Of a stretch of DNA of 64,000 nucleotides, positions 1 through 14,165 are shown piece by piece. The stretch lies in NCBI RefSeq assembly GCF_009914755.1, contig NC_060934.1; one strand, 5' to 3'. This DNA comes from the human T2T-CHM13v2.0 reference genome, Homo sapiens. How positions within the stretch are numbered: position 1 is the first letter of the stretch; each line of letters starts with the position of its first letter. The notes under the pieces were generated by a model. That model searched no databases. It had not been told where the DNA came from and saw only the letters and a list, made by a program, of their open reading frames with translations. The position numbers and the translations under genes are program-made.

Positions 1-262
1 CCTCTGTCACAAAAGGACAAATGCTTCTTGTTCTCCCTCATCCTGGGACATCATGGGTAACAATCAAGTAAGTGTATGCAAAAATCTAATTCAGGAGTGT
101 GTCCTGGCTCTGCAAGGGCATCACCCATGTGGGCTCACCGCTTGCCTCTGGGACTGAAGGTTAACATATGGCCTTATAGTGAGCTTGGGCTGCCCATGTG
201 TCTGCATCCAGGATTTAGCCTCTCTTTTCTAAGACTAGCTCCACACGGGAGACTACTTTCTA

Positions 263-944
<682 letters not shown>

Positions 945-2499
945 CTAAAACCAGGGCTTTCCCGGTAAAAATGTTCTGGTCTCACTTGAGTTTTGCATCA
1001 TGTTCTTCCTTCCCTGTTTTCTTCTTTACCCGCACCCCTACTGGTACAATTGGTTTCCTCTCACCCCCTCTCCTTTTAACCTATCTTTTGAGATGGGTTT
1101 TTTTAAAAAAACAAACCTCTTAAGTATACCTTGAAATCCTAAATTTTCATTTTAGCTGAAAGTCATCCAAACCATATGCATTTCAGTTGAATACTCCTGC
1201 AATTGGCCTCACTCTGCCAAAGACTTTTTTTTTCTTTTTTTGTTAACTGACCAAGTTTCTTTAGAATAAGGCTGGAATCATATTCGATTCCTCCAAGATC
1301 TTTTGAGGGATCACCATCACCAAGTTCCAGATTGTTATTTCATGCAGTGCGCTGTGGTTGTTTCATTCTGCTAACTTGGGAGTATTTCTCCTGCAGAATT
1401 GCTCACTCTTCTTTCTTTGTGCTTTTTCCTTTTACTCTCCCTCCCCTTTGCTCTTCTCTCAGGTAGACTTTGCCTGGTTTGTCACTCGGTTTGTCTGGTT
1501 TGTCTCGTGTTTCCTTCTCTCTCATGAACACTAATCCTCTGCTGAGAAATCAGGCGGGTGGGTGGCTGCCATACAGCCTCTGTGCTACAGAGGAATAGCC
1601 AACATTTCCCTCAGAGACAGCTGTTTTCCATTTCAGGAGTATCAACATTGTGGCTTTGTTGATTGTCTTTTCACCTCCAGGTTTGGCCTTGTTTGTAGCT
1701 GAAACATAACTATTTTCCCTAAGCCTTTCAGGGCCACTGCTCCAGCTCTGTCGGCTGCAAGCCCTGCGTGTGTGTACATCCTGCCATGCAGACACCACCG
1801 GAGTCCCCATCAGTCACACACCCCTCCAACCCAGGGGAGAAATTAAGGCAATTGTGCTAAGGCCCACTGGTGAGGAAAATTGGCTGATCAAATTATTACT
1901 AAATGGCTTTTCCAATCTTCTCATTATTCTGTGAGAAAGGGGTGATTTCTGCAGCTTGTCAGAGCCTGGTCCCTTGTCCAGAGATAAAACCAAATCCACA
2001 AAAATCCTGTGAATGGAGAGGTTTGGTGGCTATACCTTGGAAACAAACCACAGGACCTAATTCAGCAGGGCTGCCCCTTGGTACAGAATGCAACCAATTT
2101 TTGCCTGTTTTAAGTGAAAGCATCCCAAGATGGGAAAGTATATTCTGAGAGTGGAATGCTTTGTAGTTACTGGTACTTAAGGGATGGTGGGCGTGTTAAT
2201 AAATGATTGTGCTTCTCAAAAGTTATCCCTTTCTGCTCCCGGGTTACTTCTCCTGAGGGAGTCCAGTGATAAAGATCATTAATATGTTTCCTGTAACTGA
2301 ATCAAAGGGAAGCTTTGCTATCTGCATTGTGTGTGCCAGATTACGGTGTCCACTTATTAACTCTTTGATAGTCATAATGACCACAGAGCTTTTATATATA
2401 TACATATATATTTACATACATACCCACAAAGACATATGTATATATTGCACATACATCACATATATATAAAGTCTTCGTGTATATTTCTATTTGTCTGTA

Positions 2500-2792
2500 T
2501 TTTCTTCTTTAAGAGTCAGGATGTTGTTTTGTTGCTCAGGCTGGAGTGCAGTGGTGTGATCATAGCTCACTGTAGCCTACTACTGGGCTCAAGCAATCCT
2601 TCCTCCTCAGCCTCCTGAGTAGCTGGGACTATAGGCATGTACCACCACAACTGGCTAATTGTATTTTACTTTTTGTAGAGATGGGATCTTGCTGTGTTGC
2701 CCAGGCTGATCTTGAATTCCTGTGCTCAAGTGACCCTCCTGCCTTGGCCTCTCCAAATGCTGGGTTTATAGGCGTGAGCCACCGCGCCTGGT
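2500..2792 (-). mobile_element. AluJ SINE
   Basis: Antisense Alu with gatcatagctcactgtagcc and ctcaagcaatcc J-type motifs. Confidence 0.9.
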
Positions 2793-2825
2793 CTGTCTGC
2801 GTATTTAACCTGGATCCGCAAATAC

Positions 2826-2925
2826 CTGTGTGAATGTGGATATGTCACTTGATGTGTCTGTTTCTCAGTTTGCCCATCTGTAAAATGAAGGAGTTGGACA
2901 AGCTGGGGTGCTTGGTGATGAGGTG
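2826..2925 (+). mobile_element. MIR core fragment
   Basis: gtcacttgatgtgtctgtttctcagtttgcccatctgtaaaatgaagg resembles the MIR core. Confidence 0.65.
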
Positions 2926-3607
2926 CTTCTGCCTCCTGTGAGACTACTGTGTTCCATTTCCCTCCTCCAGCACAGTTCCAGTCACATGATCGGCTCTCAG
3001 TGCAAAATGATGTACCAGTGCATGATAGGAACCACAGGATTGCTGAGATTATGTCCAGTGCTAAGACTCTGTGATTCTTTTGTTTTTAGACAATTTGGCC
3101 AGGAAGTGACCAGCAATGGAAAGAGGGAAATAATCAGCACATCCGCATGTGTGCCCATCTCAGAGACACAAACTGTGAATAACAACTCACTTGGCTTCAT
3201 AACCAAGACCTACTCTGAGGAATTGCATCTCTTCCTTGGAGACCTTGATTGGCCTGCTAGGTTAAAGGCAAGGGACAGATTTAATCTAGATTGACTTTAG
3301 CAAGACTTTTGACTCAGTCTTGGGCAACATACTTATCAATAAACCTTGGTCGAGGCCCTTTTGCCTCTCACCCAGTTTGCTTATTTACCTCATTCTGACA
3401 CATCTTGCATATGGCTGCCAACTTAAACCTCTTAAATGTCACTCTCTTTAAAAGTTAGGAGTGGCTCTCAGAGGCCTTTCTTCTGATGATTTCCAAGTCC
3501 CTCACCTTGGCATTCAGGCTTTATTGGGTTTTCTGCCACCTTTTCCTTCCAACTTCATTTCTAGGAGTCTCCCACAGACCTGTCTCTCAAATAAGAACAA
3601 TCTTCTA

Positions 3608-4085
<478 letters not shown>

Positions 4086-4353
4086 GAACCTGTCTCGGCC
4101 ATTAAGGTTTCCTGATGAGCCTGTTTTGGAGGGATCTCTCCTTCCTCTGGTTTTCTGAGTCGCTGTAGACTATAGACACTATCTTGCCCTTGTTCCTACT
4201 AGGCATTTCACTAAATTCTTGGAGGAGTCTGAGAGAACTTGGGGGTGCTTGAGGAACCCAAAGGTGTGAAGTAAAAGCTGGAAACCAAGATTGCTGGGAA
4301 AGTTCAGAGAAAGTAGAGATTACTTCGTTTGATGGAGATCACGTGCAAGGTAA

Positions 4354-4983
4354 TGATATAGGAGGTAGAAAGAAATTAGGCAGAGAGTGAGGGCAACAGA
4401 GTCCTTGGCAGAGCTTCCCTTTTAGCAAAAAAGCAGCCCAAGAAATTATTTTTTTTCTAACAAAGAGCACCCTGAAAAATCCAGCTGCAAAAATAGATAC
4501 TGGAAAATTGCATGGGGGAATGCCGGCAGCTGTGCCAACAGAAAAGGGCTACCTCAGGACCAGGAATGTCCAACATGGAAGCTCCATCTTTTCTTTTTTT
4601 TTTGTTACCACGTGTACTGTTACTACGTGTACAGTAAAGCAATGGGCAACATGGCGCAGGCCAGGCATAATAAAAGATTAGGGTGGGGGTGGCCAGAAAT
4701 TCGTACCCTATGCAAATGGCACACCGGGTCCAACCATCTTTCTTGCCCTGTGTAAATCAGACACTACCTCCTCACCAGCTCAGCTATAAAACCCCCTGCA
4801 TTTCACTGTTGAACTGGCAAACCATTTCTCCAGGACCCCTCTCTGCATCAGAGAGCTATTCTCTTTCTTTTGCTTATTAAACTTCTGCTCTTAACCTCAC
4901 TCTTTTGTGCGCCTGCGTCCTTGTTCTCCTTGGCTGTGAGACCACGAACCTCGGGTGATACTCCAGACAACGAAGCCATTTCA
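4354..4983 (+). mobile_element. ERV1 solo LTR, MER51/MER50-like
   Basis: TG...CA termini (tgatataggaggtagaaagaaatt ... gaagccatttca), 4-bp TSD GTAA (4350-4353 and 4984-4987), TATAAAA near 4785, ATTAAA near 4875. Confidence 0.85.
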
Positions 4984-5443
4984 GTAATTTCATAAGAATC
5001 TAAGTGTATAATTAGGTATCAAGTCTACATTGTCACTGACAGTGCGTCAAGGAAAATAGAAATGGTTTACCAGGGGAGGCACTAAAACGTCCTTTACTTT
5101 GTCATATCTTTAAGGTTGATGAGGTTCTCATTTACTTGTAGTGGTTTAGGAAAAGCACTGATCAAAGACAGAAATTTGAAAACATGCCCTACTTCAGTGG
5201 TCCAACTTAGGCCAAAGTCTTAATGCTTTTAAAGTAACGCTGACAGATATTTGACTTGATAAAATAAAAATTAAGTTAAAAATAAATTATAAACATACTG
5301 GTGATATTTCACTTGATAAGTTAAAAAATAAATTGTAAAGATACTGGGTATTTAGAAACCAATTTCATAATCCCGTGAAAATTTTCCTATATTTCTCTTA
5401 AGCTAGGGAATGACAACAACATTAAAATTTGCTGGGTTAATAG

Positions 5444-5740
<297 letters not shown>

Positions 5741-5770
5741 CTGGTTAATAGATCTTGTATACAAATATCA

Positions 5771-6081
<311 letters not shown>

Positions 6082-6689
6082 TTACGGGATTAGTTATAAA
6101 AACAGACAATAGATGTGGAAGCACTCTGACAAAGTTAAGAAGACCCCAGAAAGAGAGATATTTTTATTCTTAGAAACCATCTTTTTTTTGGACTTGTTTT
6201 TGTTCTAATGTAACCCTCAGGTAAATGACAGCCAGCCTTCCTAACTAGGGGGTAAGTTTGACTCAAACAAGTGATTAACCATTACCCTGCCTCTGTCTTA
6301 AGACTTAGTGAATGAAATCTCCTATCTCTGGCAGCGACCCTCTCCACTCATCTTTTATTGGATTCTTGGGCAAAGTTTGTTTTTCATCTCAGTTACTTTG
6401 CCTCCTTTTTATAGGGAGTCTACTCCGAGATCAAAGGCAACCTATAGCAATTTATGAGAAATGAAGGAAGTGGGAGAGATGCTAAGTTACTTTAAGGGAT
6501 GTTCTGAAATCATGAATCTAGCTGGAATAGCTGGTGTTGGCTGTGTCCAGAAGAGCTGGGACAAGGTACTGCTTTTTGGTGTGGGGAGAGGGACATGAGA
6601 GCTTGCTCTTTGGAACATCGGCCTTCATGCCAAGTCTGATGGGTGCTTCCTAATGCTGAATAAGCCTCGGAGTCACCTGGGTTCCTTTT

Positions 6690-6985
6690 AATTTAAAAAT
6701 GTATTTTAAAATTTTTGTGGGCACATAGTAGGTGTACATATTTGCAGGGTACATGAGATGTTTTGATACAGGCAGGCAATTTATGAAGAATGGGGTATCC
6801 ATCCTCTCAAACATCTATCCTATGTGTTACAAACAACCCAATTATACTCTTTTAGTTATTTAGAAATGTATATTAAATTGCTATTGACTATAGTTGCCCT
6901 GTTGTGCAATCAAATAGTATGTCTTACTCATTTTTTTTTTTTGGTACCCATTAACCATCGCCACCTCCCTCCAAGCTCCCTACTT
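6690..6985 (-). mobile_element. L1MA 3' end
   Basis: gggtacatgagatgttttgatacaggc, aatggggtatccatc, attatactcttttagttattt match the L1MA 3' UTR in antisense. Confidence 0.85.
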
Positions 6986-6989
6986 CTTT

Positions 6990-7135
6990 TTCTTGCCCTG
7001 TTGCCCAGGCTAGAGTGCAGTGGCATGATCATGGCTCACTGCAGCCTTGGATTCCTGGCCTTTTAAGTGATCCTCCTGCCTCAGCCTCCCGAGTAGCTAG
7101 GACTACAGGTCCATGCCACCATGCCCAGCTAACTT
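6990..7135 (-). mobile_element. AluJ right arm
   Basis: ctgttgcccaggctagagtgcagtggcatgatcatggctcactgcagcc. Confidence 0.85.
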
Positions 7136-7136
7136 C

Positions 7137-7464
7137 TTTTATTTTTTTTTTATTTTTGAGATGAAGTCTCACTCTGTCGCCCAGACTGGAGTGCAGTGGT
7201 GCAAAATCTTGGCTCACTGCAACCTCTGCCTCCCTGCAACTTCTGCCTCCCGGGTTCAAGCAATTCTCCTGCCTCAGCCTCTTGAGTAGCTGAGATTATA
7301 GGCACTTGCCACCATGGCTGGCTAATTTTTTTTTTTTTTCGTATTTTTAGTATAGACAGGATTTCCACATGTCACCCAGGCTGATCTCAGACTCCTGACC
7401 TGGATCTTCCCACCTCAGCCACTGAACATGCTGGGATTACAGGTATGAGCCCCCACACATGGCT
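7137..7464 (-). mobile_element. Alu SINE with internal 17-bp tandem duplication
   Basis: Antisense dimer; ctgcaacctctgcctcc repeated at about 7217-7250. Confidence 0.9.
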
Positions 7465-7834
7465 ACCTTGGGTTTCTTTTGAATGATGCAGATGGTTGGG
7501 CCTTACTTAAATGATTCTTCAGGTCCCTAGTGAGTCCAAAGCTTTCGTATCTCAAAGTGTTACAAGTGTCTGGAGGCTCAAACAGCCTCGAGAATCACTG
7601 ATCTATGTCCCTGATGTCTAGCAGTCTCTTTAAGTCGGTCCTCTTCCCTACAAATATGCTTATATTTTTCAGAGGACTCCTAAATAAGTCCTTGGTTAAT
7701 CCTGAGTCTGGTTCATTCACTGGCAAAGAACAAAGAGAAAATTTACAAACACGAGAAGGCCTCAGAAGTCAGACTACATAAATTATTTTGGAAAAGGCTT
7801 TTCCTTCTTGTATGATTTTCAGAGGGACTTTGGG

Positions 7835-7836
<2 letters not shown>

Positions 7837-7883
<47 letters not shown>
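7837..7883. repeat. (CA)n microsatellite
   Basis: About 23 uninterrupted AC units. Confidence 0.98.
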
Positions 7884-7887
<4 letters not shown>

Positions 7888-9949
7888 CTGGGAGACAAAG
7901 TAAACAGGAAAGAAAAGATAGTCTTTTATTGCTTGACGGTTTAAGTGAAAAAAAGTTTATTTCAAAAAATATTTTGACTCCCCCTTTTTTCCCTTTAAAA
8001 GTGCATCAAGCTATTTTTAGGAGGGCAGGGTGGCTGGTTTTGGGGGACGAATGAAAGCATGACATCACCATGCTATTTTGGTAGCGCAAGAAGAGAAACA
8101 TGCCAGGCTAGGTTGGCTTGGGCTTGGTTCTGTGTGTTTGGGAGCTGAATCGCGTCTTTTTCTAATTTGGTTTCTCTCAGAGCTGTGGCTCTTCACTGGA
8201 GACTGGAAGCATAATATTTATTCAAAGCTAATTTGTAAACTTCATTTTCAGTTGAAGGTCTGGAATGGAAACTCCTATTGTGATCTTAAGGGCTGTAACC
8301 CAGAGAATCTGGTTCTTCCTGGAGTATTTCAGCAGGGATCAGGTTTGCAGACTTTTTCTCAAGGGCCCCAACGAGAAACCTGACTGCCTGCTCTATTTTA
8401 GGTCAACTGTGGGGTATCGGTTTGGAAAGCAAATTCTTAACCTGAACTTTTTGTTGCTGATAAGGCTTTGCGGCTAGCAAAGAGGTAGCTTTCTCACTCA
8501 TTTAGATTTTGCAGTGGAATCGCTCCCTGCATGTGTATTATTGTCAGCAACTCCTATTTTCCCCAGAGAGGTTTTGAAATGTTCTTTCTGAATGTTCATG
8601 TTTATAACTTTTCTCAAGTGGAGCTCCTGCTTCCTAAAACACATTCAGCTTGTTCAAGAACTTGCCCCCACCTCCCACCCCTGGAGACAAAAGTATACCT
8701 TTGTGTGCATCTGTTAAGCCTAAGATGTCTGAGATGGTTGTTTTCTAAACTAACTCACCAATCGCTTTATCATTAAAAGCAGCATTTTACTCCCATGTTC
8801 CTAACCTATTTATGGGTCTGTGATAGATGGTTATTTTTTTGGCAGGCTTGAGATAAGCCTGGGTCAAGGAAACAGCTTGTGTTCGTCTCTTTAAGCCTCA
8901 CTCATCCTTGCCATATCATTTCATGATTTCCTTTCCTGTTATCTTCAAACATTCCCTCAAAGCAGAAATTGACAAGAGCGAGGAGGTTGGGAAAGGGCTG
9001 GCAAAGCAGTTGTTTTTCTTCGTGTTCTAAAATGGATGTTTTCCTTTCCCCCACAACCCCCACTCCCACCCCACTTGCAACCTTTCTTTTTTATTACCCA
9101 CCCCTGGGTCTCTAAAGATGATGGAAAAAAATAACTCCTTTCCCTCTTTAAAGAAGGGTCCCTAAGAGGTTTCTAATCAGCTCACTGTCAGCCTGTTTCC
9201 TCTGATCAGCTTAAATAGGTCCACTTGAAGTTCACAACTGCCAAAACCGCGTGTTCAGACTGAAAGGCTGGGAGCATTTCAGACGCATTTATGAACTTCC
9301 ACCAAGATGATCCGGCAGGCTGAAATCGCAGGCAGAGCGTCTGTTCAACAAACCCTTTCTTCTTGATTGAATTAGTGTTACCCACTAACAGGATGAGGAA
9401 TTCCCACTCCACAAGCTGACTTTTTTTCCTCTTTCCACCTCCCGCCTCCCTCCATTAAAATGTAAACTTGATTCCTGTGTCCTTTGCCGGAGCCTGGCTT
9501 CCCTGTAAGCCCATCATAAACATCTTGGTAGAAATGCAACTTTTAACCTCTCCTTGATGGTTTTCCGTCTAACTTTATACATGGGGAAAAAATGGTGAAA
9601 GACGTTATCTCTGGCGGGTGCAGGCGTGTAGGGGCAGGAAGTTTCTGCACTGTGGCTGCTCTGGTCCTTTCGTAACTGAGCTTTTCCTGCCCTGTCCTTT
9701 AGCAAAGAATGGCTTTGTTAACCATTAGCCACTGACAAGAGTGTGTCCATTTCAGCAAAATTAATAAGAGATAGCATTTTTCTTCCTTCTAAATGGCCCA
9801 TGTCAGTAATTAACATCGCCTTTCATTACTCAACTTGAAAGCGCCTTCTCGGCCTCCCTCTGACCTTGCCCTGGCTTTGTTAAACTGTGGCCTCCAGCCT
9901 GTGAGAGACCTAAATGCAGAAAAAGTTTTGTGACCGAGATGCCTTGAAA

Positions 9950-10025
9950 GAATCATTCGACAAATATTTATTGAGTGCCTACTGTGTGGGGCTACCAAGT
10001 TGAATCAGACATAAACTCTAATGGA
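9950..10025 (-). mobile_element. L2 3'-end fragment
   Basis: tcattcgacaaatatttattgagtgcctactgtgtg. Confidence 0.6.
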
Positions 10026-11386
10026 GGAAAAAAGAAAAAAACTGGGAGAAAAGATAAAAGGGGTTTGTTTAAAATAGCCCTAAGATAACAGATAATGATG
10101 GTTACCCCAGGACAGGAGCAGATCCGGTGTTGTGGGGGCCTGGGCTAATCGAGATGGCCGAGGGGAAAGTGGGTGAAAGTTTTATGGAAAAAGGGACAAT
10201 TGAGAGAAACATTATAACGGAGTTCAGAGCAAAAAAGGAATATAAAAGTTCAAAAGAGCTTTCCTTACTCTTAGGGAATGAGGGAAGGCGTAACTTCATA
10301 GAGAATATATGTTTAAAGCTCAAGAGAGAACTTTCCCCCTTCTTGGTTGGCTGCTTGAACGTATACCTAGCCAATGAGGAGTTCACCATTGAAATGTTAA
10401 TAATTGCACTAAAGTCTAGTTTAGCCAACCCTCACCCAAAAGTGTGTGAAATATTTTCCTGTTATGTTTTCCCCGCCAGGAGAATTCTTGGTCACAGGGG
10501 TAGAAGTGTCACATTAGGGTGAGTTGAATTAGACTCTATGTTCTTCATGACTATAACCATGAACTCCATTGTTCATGGAGCCACCCGGAAAAGCCCAAAT
10601 GCCCAGGAGGAAAGAATCCGTGGAAAAAATTATGGTGCAGCATCGGATGGCATCTACTTGCAACCAGGATGGTGAAGATTTTTAATGGTTTGTGAAAAAG
10701 CAAAAATGTCATATTCTTATTTTTGTGAAGAATGTGAATATTTTCATATTGAGAAGTACAGACTAGAAGACTAAACATTAAAATGTGATTAATAGTTATT
10801 GGTAGGTGCTGGAGAAACAAATGATTTGTATATTTCTTCCCTGTGATTTTCAGGATTTTCCAAAATGTTTACAATGCACAGGTGTTACTTTTGCAATCAG
10901 GTAAAATGCTATTAAAGAATAAGGATGCTGAGGGAAAAAAGGACTTCTTTATTAAGGGGAGAATTTAAATGTAGATAATTATGAAAATGGCTGGGAGAAT
11001 TCTTTCCTGTGCCACGTTGAATGCCATCAGTTTTAAAAACAGAAAAACTGCACAACCCTGCAATCAGAACCGAACACGAGAGTCTGTTTTAAGTAACAAT
11101 GACTGTCATTCAATAAACTCGATGGGAGATTTCCCTTTCAGCTAAAAATTTGTCAGTTGATTTTTTTAGAAATTCTTGCAGTGAAAGAATCATTTCTCCT
11201 TGTCTCAGATGGAGTGTAGCTCTCGTAGATTTTGGGTTCTGAATTATTCAAGGGTCAAAAATCTACTACAAGGTTGTCCTGATTACTTTTTTTTTTTTTT
11301 GTAAATTCTTTGTTATTGTACTCTTGCTCGAGCCTAAAGATACAAAAATATAAAGTCCAGCTATTCATCTAATTATGGCCTTCACT

Positions 11387-11460
11387 AAATAATAGATACA
11401 AATAAAGAGGTTTCTTGTGCATAAATGAACAAGAAACCTCTTTATTTTTATCTATTATTT
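11387..11460. repeat. Near-perfect inverted repeat (32-bp arms, 1 mismatch, 10-nt centre)
   Basis: aaataatagatacaaataaagaggtttcttgt-gcataaatga-acaagaaacctctttatttttatctattattt. Confidence 0.95.
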
Positions 11461-12686
11461 CGTAGTTTTCTTCTACTCAAATGGCATAAATCAGATAAGT
11501 TATTTATTTCACAATTGGTGGCAAGTCTGCAAAAGTCGCCCAAATTGTGATGCAGCTGTCTGCAGATCATAAGCAGAGGAAACAGCTTCTGCTTTCATTC
11601 AAATCCTGGGCCCTGCTATTTGCAATAGAAAAGCTAAGTTGGATGTGGGGGTGGGATGGAGGTGACAGAGAGAAGGCAGAGAAATGGGAAAAATGCAAAC
11701 CTGTAGTTCAGGTTAAAATTGGTTTCCAGCTTCTTTTGGCATTTTGTATCATTTATGCCTCACAATATGAAAAGCAACAACCACCCCTGCGGGTGCCCCT
11801 CCCCCAGGCCTGGATTGTTTTTTTTTGTCATCTGAGTCATTCAGAATTGTGGGGCAGAAAACACATAAACAGAATGAGAAATGCTGTTTGCCATGAGCAC
11901 GCAACTTTTAAAACTGTTTCAGGCCTTGAAAGAAGGTTCCTTCCTTTTCTCCTTCCAAAGACTCAAAAAGAAAAAAGAAACTCAAGAAAATACTTCTGTC
12001 TTTACAATGAAAGGATTCACGTCCTGTCTGTCCCTGGCAGCCGGAAAGAACAGAGTTGCTGGCTGAGAAGTCAGAGGTGACTTAGGGAGAGAAGTCCAGC
12101 CCCAGAGCGGAAAGGCTGGCGGTCAGTAGGGATAACATGGTCTCCACTGAACCTAGGCTGGGGGCAGGAGCGGGGAGCGGGGAGGGAGAAGGGGAGCAGA
12201 TCTGATTGACCTTGTCCTTGGGAGTCTCAGGAATGTGAAGGAACAATCTCCTTCGAACCTGTTTTGTACCAACTAGTGTCCCAGATACTTAGAAATATTT
12301 TCTTCTCCCTCCTTGCCTTGCTTCCTGGGAGTTTATAGGAAACCCAAATTTAAAACATGAACAAAAGCGAAAACCGAATCAGGTAGGTGGGAGAAGAGAA
12401 TACGGATAATGCACTGCAAGCTTGCTATGGTTGACCAAGCAAGTTAACTCTGAACTTCACAGCATCAAATGCAAAACAAGGGGGTGGGTTGGCAGTGAGT
12501 GGAGGAAGCGGACCCACAGTTGTGTATTTTTGGTTCTTTGTGAGGAAGATGGCATGCCCACAGGAAGAGAAAAACCTTGGCCACCACTGGATAGAAAATT
12601 CTCCTGTGTTGCTTTATGTAGGAGACGTTTGAAATGTGGTTGAAAATGTACTAGGAAACGTTTCTAAGTGCTTTGCTTTTCCTTGA

Positions 12687-13108
<422 letters not shown>

Positions 13109-13127
13109 AACAGTAGACAATCAAAAT

Positions 13128-13751
13128 TGTCAGAGATGCTTGAACTAGAGTGACTCCATCTTGAATAGAGGCTGGGTAAAATGAGGCTGACACCTACTGA
13201 GCTGCATTCCTAGAAATAAAGGCTTTCTAAGTCACAGGATGAGATAGGAGGTTGGCACAAAGCACAGGTCACAAAGGCCTTGCTGATAAAAGGATGCGGT
13301 AAAGAGGCTGTCCAAAACCTACCCAAACCATGATGGAGAGAAAAGTGACCTCTGGTCATCCTCACTGCTCATTATACGCCAATTACAATGCATTAGCATG
13401 CTAGAAGACACTCCCACCAGTGCCATGACAGTTTACAGATGCCATGGCAATGTCTACCTTATATAGTCTAAAAAGGGGAGGAGCCCTCAGTTCTGGGAAT
13501 TGCCCACCCCTTTCCGGGAAAACTCATTAATTATCTACTCCTTGTTTAGCATAAAATCAAGAAACAACCATAAAAATAGCCGACCAGCAGCCCTTGGGGC
13601 TGCTTTGCCTATCGGGTAGCCATTCTTTTATTTCTTCACTTCTCTAATAAACTTGCTTTTCACCTTACTCTGGATTTGCCTTGAATTTTTTCTTGCGAGA
13701 GATCCAAGAATCCCCTCTTGGGGTCTAGTTCGGGATCCCTTTCTAGAAACA
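13128..13751 (+). mobile_element. MER41 (MER41B-like) ERV1 solo LTR
   Basis: tgtcagagatgcttgaactagagtgactccatcttgaatag start, ...ccctttctagaaaca end, AATAAA near 13646, near-TSD AAAT/GAAT. Confidence 0.9.
13491..13520. promoter_or_regulatory. Tandem GAS (STAT1-type) motifs in MER41
   Basis: TTCTGGGAA at 13491-13499 and TTCCGGGAA at 13512-13520. Confidence 0.7.
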
Positions 13752-13869
13752 GAATTGCAATACCACACATGGTAAGCATTTAACAAACGCCTGTTGAGTG
13801 AATGGGTGAAAAATAGTAATTCAATGTACCATCAATAAACAGTTAGAGAAAGTCTTGAAAATATTTTAA

Positions 13870-14010
13870 GTGGGGTGTGGTGGTTCATGCCTGTCATCCC
13901 AGCCCTTTGGGAGACCTGATGTGGGAGGAGCGCTTGAGGCCAGTAGTTCCAGGCTGCAGTGAGCTATGATCACATCACTGAACTCCAGAGTAAGACCCTG
14001 TCAACAAAAA
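13870..14010 (+). mobile_element. Degenerate Alu monomer (FLAM/FRAM-like)
   Basis: gtggtggttcatgcctgtcatcccagc ... ggctgcagtgagctatgatc. Confidence 0.75.
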
Positions 14011-14165
14011 AGAAAAGAAAAGAAAGAGAAAAAGAAAGAAAACGTAATTTAGTTATGGTGGTAAAAGAATTGAAAGAAAGAAAAGAAAGAAAGAGAACGA
14101 AAGGGAGAAAGGAGGGAAGGAGGAAGGGAGGGAGGAAGGAAGCAAGGAAGGAAGGAAGGAAGGAT
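13985..14165. repeat. GAAA/GGAA purine-rich low-complexity tract
   Basis: Runs of gaaa and ggaa units. Confidence 0.9.

Larger units (their letters stand above)
6640..7605. mobile_element. MER5-like hAT DNA transposon, split by L1/Alu insertions (6690-7464)
   Basis: ggagtcacctggg ... gaatgatgcagatggttgggcc ... gagaatcactgatcta resemble MER5 segments. Confidence 0.45.

Noticed and set aside
10102-12080. Non-repeat ORFs of 131, 108 and 177 aa
   Set aside because: Mostly non-ATG starts, no recognisable homology or exon structure; lengths compatible with chance. PhyloCSF or Ribo-seq would settle it.
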